A stretch of 64,000 nt of DNA from an uncultured Bacteroidaceae bacterium (GTDB taxonomy: Bacteria; Bacteroidota; Bacteroidia; Bacteroidales; GCA-2748055): positions 181,754 through 245,753 of the forward strand of contig CAYZMH010000001.1 in NCBI GenBank assembly GCA_964479445.1. Reading direction: 5' to 3'. Every line of letters starts with the position of its first letter. The stretch's first letter is position 1. The notes under the pieces were generated by a model. It did not search any database, was not told the origin of the DNA, and worked only from the letters and a program-made list of their open reading frames with translations. The translations under genes and the position numbers were made by a program. Below are positions 60,580 through 64,000 of the stretch, piece by piece.

Positions 60580-61473
60580 TTATATTTTATCGTTCTTTTC
60601 AGTAATAAACCCGGTAATCAGGTAGTTGGGCACCTCTTCAAAATAAATGTTCTCTGCATTGATCCTCGGATGCCGGATCTGGTCCAAAAGTTCCCCGGGC
60701 TGCCGCCTGATATCGGTAAAACGTTGGTTCCCCTGTTTTGCCGTGTTGCTCTTCCGGGATTCCGTAAGCACATAAACAGGTACGTTGAACTCCTGAGCTG
60801 CCAGTACGATCTGTAAAGAACCGGTCTTGTTGATAAAGGAAGTGGGATTCATCTGGTCGGCTGCAAGGATTACAAAGTCGGTCTGTGGCATAACCGCTCC
60901 TGCCGCTGCATCCGTAATAAGGGTAACCCGGTATCCCTGCTCAGCCAAATCATGTGCCTGGATCCGTCCCTCCTCGGCCGGGGCTGATAGTGTCTGGTAA
61001 AAAGAGACTCCCTCGGTTCGTTCCGAAAGCACCCGGAACACCTCCCTGATTGTTCCGCTGTTGCTGTGCAGCAGCAGCCTGGAATCTTTCAGATCGACTA
61101 TCTTTTCCAGGTTGCGCGCCATCAGGTACGGCGCCCGCTCCCAGAAATTGCGGTAATCCGAAATAAACGCCAGGTAATTCTGCGGGTAGGCTGCCGGCGT
61201 AACGTTATGGGATAGAATCAGTTCGTCGCAGAAATGCCGGATAACGGCAAACATCTCCATTCTTCTGCGTATTTCTGTGATATATCTCATGAACGTCTCC
61301 GCATCCAGATCTGTCTGCAGCAGCTCCTTTTCAAGTTCAATGATCAACCTTTTCAGCAGCGTAACCGAGCCAGAAAGGTTATCGTCAATAATCTGTTGAA
61401 TAGAAACCGGTAGTTTCATCAGCCAGTGATTTTTCGCCTGTATAAATGTAAGACCTTTCATCAGAAATGACAA
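60580..61473 (-). CDS. eIF-2B alpha/beta/delta-like (IF-2B family) protein
   Basis: LLLHSNSGTIREVF, GYRVTLITDAAAG and DFVILAADQM...INKTGSLQIVLAAQEFNVPVYVL resemble the PF01008 Rossmann-like core. It lacks the N-terminal region of MtnA-type isomerases. Confidence 0.5.
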   Translation of the reverse strand: MSFLMKGLTFIQAKNHWLMKLPVSIQQIIDDNLSGSVTLLKRLIIELEKELLQTDLDAETFMRYITEIRRRMEMFAVIRHFCDELILSHNVTPAAYPQNYLAFISDYRNFWERAPYLMARNLEKIVDLKDSRLLLHSNSGTIREVFRVLSERTEGVSFYQTLSAPAEEGRIQAHDLAEQGYRVTLITDAAAGAVMPQTDFVILAADQMNPTSFINKTGSLQIVLAAQEFNVPVYVLTESRKSNTAKQGNQRFTDIRRQPGELLDQIRHPRINAENIYFEEVPNYLITGFITEKNDKI

Positions 61474-61616
61474 TTTCCTGGCACTGTTGCGCGGTGGGAA
61501 GGCGGTGTGTCTGTTAATCCGGGATGAATCTGACCAGTCCCCCGGATTCCTGTGTTCTGAACCTCCCCCTGCTAGTTTTGTTAACCGATACCTGTTGTCG
61601 GTTTTTCGCTGGTGGG

Positions 61617-64000
61617 TTAGCGGCGGGTCACTTTCACCCTGAAGGGCTCAAACAATCCATAGTCCTCCAGGTCATAGGCTACCCCGGAGGGTTGCGTTTC
61701 CGGTGCAGAGTGAAAGCTGCGGGGAGTGACAATGCCCCTGTGACTGACATTATGATGGGGACCCAACAGGTTTTTCAGGGATCCGTAAACTTCCACGGCG
61801 AGCCTGTTTTCGCCGCGTCGCAGGTATTCTTCTATACGGAGCTCGTAGGGCGGCGCAAAGATTTGTCCCGCTTTTTGTCCGTTTACATATACCACCGCAA
61901 GCGCCCCGTTCCAATTACGAAGGATCACTTTGGCCATTTCATGCCGGCCCGGTGTTACCATGGCTGTGTATCGAAACGAAGAACTGTAGAAGGGGTAACC
62001 CTGCTCTTTCCAGGAACCGTAGCTGTTTTCCATCTGTTTTGTTATCAGCCATCCCTTATCAAGAGCAACCACATCAAAAGAACCTTTCAGGTAGACCGGC
62101 TCAAGCTCTGCATGAACCGACATGGGGTGCACTGAAATCCGGATCATATTTTCACCAGTCCGGAGCTCTCCTTCAAGATCAAATACCCCGAAATTTTTAT
62201 CCAGCCACCATACACCGGGAATTTGTTCAAGGATCCTGCCATTGATGCTTACCTGGTAAAGCCAGGGTTTTTCCACCACCAGTTTCATGGGGGTCTCTTT
62301 CATATCGGTGTCCAGGTAAAAGGGGTATTCCGCTGTAAATCCCGTTCCGGGCGGAAAGGTATCGCGCTCCACGATCTCTTGCCTGAACTGTGAAGAGGAG
62401 GCCCACGGATTACCGGAAAACCCGTGCTGTTTGAATATTTCGGTTTGTGCCTCGTAAAAATACATCTGGTCGTATTTTCTACGTCCTATGGTAAGGAAAC
62501 AATAATCCAGGTTCAGCACATTCTCTTCAACTGGTTTGATCTCCGTATCTTCCAATAAGATGTTATACTCCTTTCCTCTCCAGGATGCAGGTCGCCGGTT
62601 CTTTCCGCGGATCTCCTCTTCCCCGATAAAAAGCAACTTGCTACCGGCGGGCGGAAGATCCACATCGAAGCTGGCAATGCCGCTTGTAACCACGCAGGGA
62701 TAGGCATAGACCTCGCCTGTAAACAGGTCCAGCTCGGCAATATCCCTGCCCTGCATGTTGATACGGGCATGAGCGCTCTCCGAGGGATGATTATTTACAA
62801 GGAACATCAACTGACCGTCGTTCAGAATGCGACGTTGATGAAACAGGGTTCCCCCCTCCTGCTCAACCATGATCAGCTCATCGCTCTGCAGGTAATTTAA
62901 GAGCCTGGGGTCATTGCATCCTGACAGGCTTAACCATTGATCACCGAATTCAACAGACCAGTCCCTGAATTTCGTGGTTGGGTTACCGTTGATGTACCGT
63001 GGTGGCCGGCACAGTGCCACCACCCTTCCACCATCTCTGAGATAGTTTTCCAGTAAAACGGTGGTCGCTTTATTCAGGTTTTCCAATCCTTCTGGCAGGA
63101 CTATGTAACTGTATTGCTGTTCTCCGACCACCAACTTACCGTTCTCAATCCGGCCGTGATCTCTGAGGACATTCTCGCTTCCCAGGTCATATTCTACCTG
63201 CTGCTGTTCCAATTCAAGCAGTAACCGGTTGAAATTATTTTTAAGAATATTCAGGGCTGACAGGTCATCGTCAATAGCGTAATGCATCCATGCAGTGGTG
63301 GTTGGTTCCAGTACAAGAATGCGCTGGTGCTGTTCACCTGAGCTGAGGGCCAGGGATAACCTTCCGTAATAGTCTGTAAGAGAATTGTACTCATCCCACC
63401 AGGGTACATGGTATGAGAATGATTGGGGGAAATCATGCTTTCTTTCACCCGTCAGCGTTTGATAGGATAAGTGCTGGTTCATAAAATTCACACCGAGAAC
63501 ATACTGCCAGTCGCCATTGCGTTTCATATCTTCAAAAGAGAGTTCCCAGCCGGAGGCTCCATATGTCTCACTTAACCTGCGCGTTTTGCCCAATTGGTTG
63601 GCAATGCTGTTTAGTTCTCTGACAGCCCTGATGTTCCCAAACTGATCGGGTCTTAATTCGTAGTTATTAAACAGCATATCAATACCCGGCAACTGGTGCC
63701 AGGCATACATGGCCATATTGTCGGGCACGTGATCAGGAACAGGCCAGGTGTGTTCCCAGTAATGACCTGTCCAGTCCAGGTCCCTCTCCTCCGTGTAGGT
63801 GTGCCAGGGTTTAGACCATCGTTCGATGAATAGTTCCAGTAGCAACTGATAGTAGTTGTGCCTTACCCTGCGAAAATCGCCCCGGTTTTCAAGCAACGAA
63901 ACCAGGTGGGGTGGCAGCGCATATCCCCACCGCTCTTCAAATCGTTCGTAGAGATCCGGAGTCCATCGTATCGCGTTTTGATGTCCTGAGGTTGCTATGT
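61617..64000 (-). CDS. large glycoside-hydrolase-like protein (C-terminal jelly-roll / GH2 sugar-binding-like domain), 5' end outside the window
   Basis: The 759-aa ORF begins at a TTG in the track, but my own translation shows the frame stays open upstream to position 64000 (...TPDLYERFEERWGYALPPHLVS-LLENRG...). The C-terminal part (VYVNGQKAGQIFAPPYELRIEEYLRRGENRLAVEVYGS) is typical of GH sugar-binding jelly rolls. I did not recognise the exact family. Confidence 0.55.
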   Translation of the reverse strand, partial: IATSGHQNAIRWTPDLYERFEERWGYALPPHLVSLLENRGDFRRVRHNYYQLLLELFIERWSKPWHTYTEERDLDWTGHYWEHTWPVPDHVPDNMAMYAWHQLPGIDMLFNNYELRPDQFGNIRAVRELNSIANQLGKTRRLSETYGASGWELSFEDMKRNGDWQYVLGVNFMNQHLSYQTLTGERKHDFPQSFSYHVPWWDEYNSLTDYYGRLSLALSSGEQHQRILVLEPTTTAWMHYAIDDDLSALNILKNNFNRLLLELEQQQVEYDLGSENVLRDHGRIENGKLVVGEQQYSYIVLPEGLENLNKATTVLLENYLRDGGRVVALCRPPRYINGNPTTKFRDWSVEFGDQWLSLSGCNDPRLLNYLQSDELIMVEQEGGTLFHQRRILNDGQLMFLVNNHPSESAHARINMQGRDIAELDLFTGEVYAYPCVVTSGIASFDVDLPPAGSKLLFIGEEEIRGKNRRPASWRGKEYNILLEDTEIKPVEENVLNLDYCFLTIGRRKYDQMYFYEAQTEIFKQHGFSGNPWASSSQFRQEIVERDTFPPGTGFTAEYPFYLDTDMKETPMKLVVEKPWLYQVSINGRILEQIPGVWWLDKNFGVFDLEGELRTGENMIRISVHPMSVHAELEPVYLKGSFDVVALDKGWLITKQMENSYGSWKEQGYPFYSSSFRYTAMVTPGRHEMAKVILRNWNGALAVVYVNGQKAGQIFAPPYELRIEEYLRRGENRLAVEVYGSLKNLLGPHHNVSHRGIVTPRSFHSAPETQPSGVAYDLEDYGLFEPFRVKVTRR

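Noticed and set aside
61524-62135. 203-aa plus-strand ORF
   Set aside because: Antisense to the 3' part of the glycoside-hydrolase-like gene. This is a shadow ORF.

Overview
This window looks like a core chromosomal segment of a Bacteroidota genome. The phylum call rests on a T9SS C-terminal sorting domain, TAnnTTTG -7 promoter boxes, a MoxR/DUF58 Bat-like cluster, an LptD / SPOR-amidase / MlaD neighbourhood, and DUF4293 and LVIVD proteins. I call about 59 densely packed protein genes on both strands. Most are housekeeping: truA, aroE, ffh, folD, argS, ligA, dapA, secA, icd, dnaX, rpsF-rpsR-rplI, lptD, dnaA, pyrBI, rny, zapA, anmK and rplS. There is also one tRNA-Arg(ACG), one probable 6S RNA and several intrinsic terminators. 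I found no transposase, integrase, phage gene, CRISPR array or recognisable defence gene, so this is not an accessory island and I cannot honestly name a clear new multi-gene system. Five observations are worth a second look. (1) dnaX is interrupted by an A11 homopolymer, with an in-frame TAG directly after it and the tau C-terminus open in the -1 frame. This is either recoding or a homopolymer sequencing error. (2) A roughly 200-nt 6S-like RNA lies between zapA and rny, with rny starting 19 nt after its terminator. (3) A tightly coupled six-gene operon joins a T9SS-secreted trypsin-like protease to a FecBCD/BtuCDF-type ABC importer and two orphan small proteins. (4) Two unlinked intergenic loci share a GC hairpin flanked by A7, followed by ACTAA-type repeats, which may mark an sRNA family. 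(5) A phosphosulfolactate synthase homologue sits in a TPR-comA-DUF368-aroE-thioesterase gene string. All product calls come from motif recognition by eye, not from database searches.
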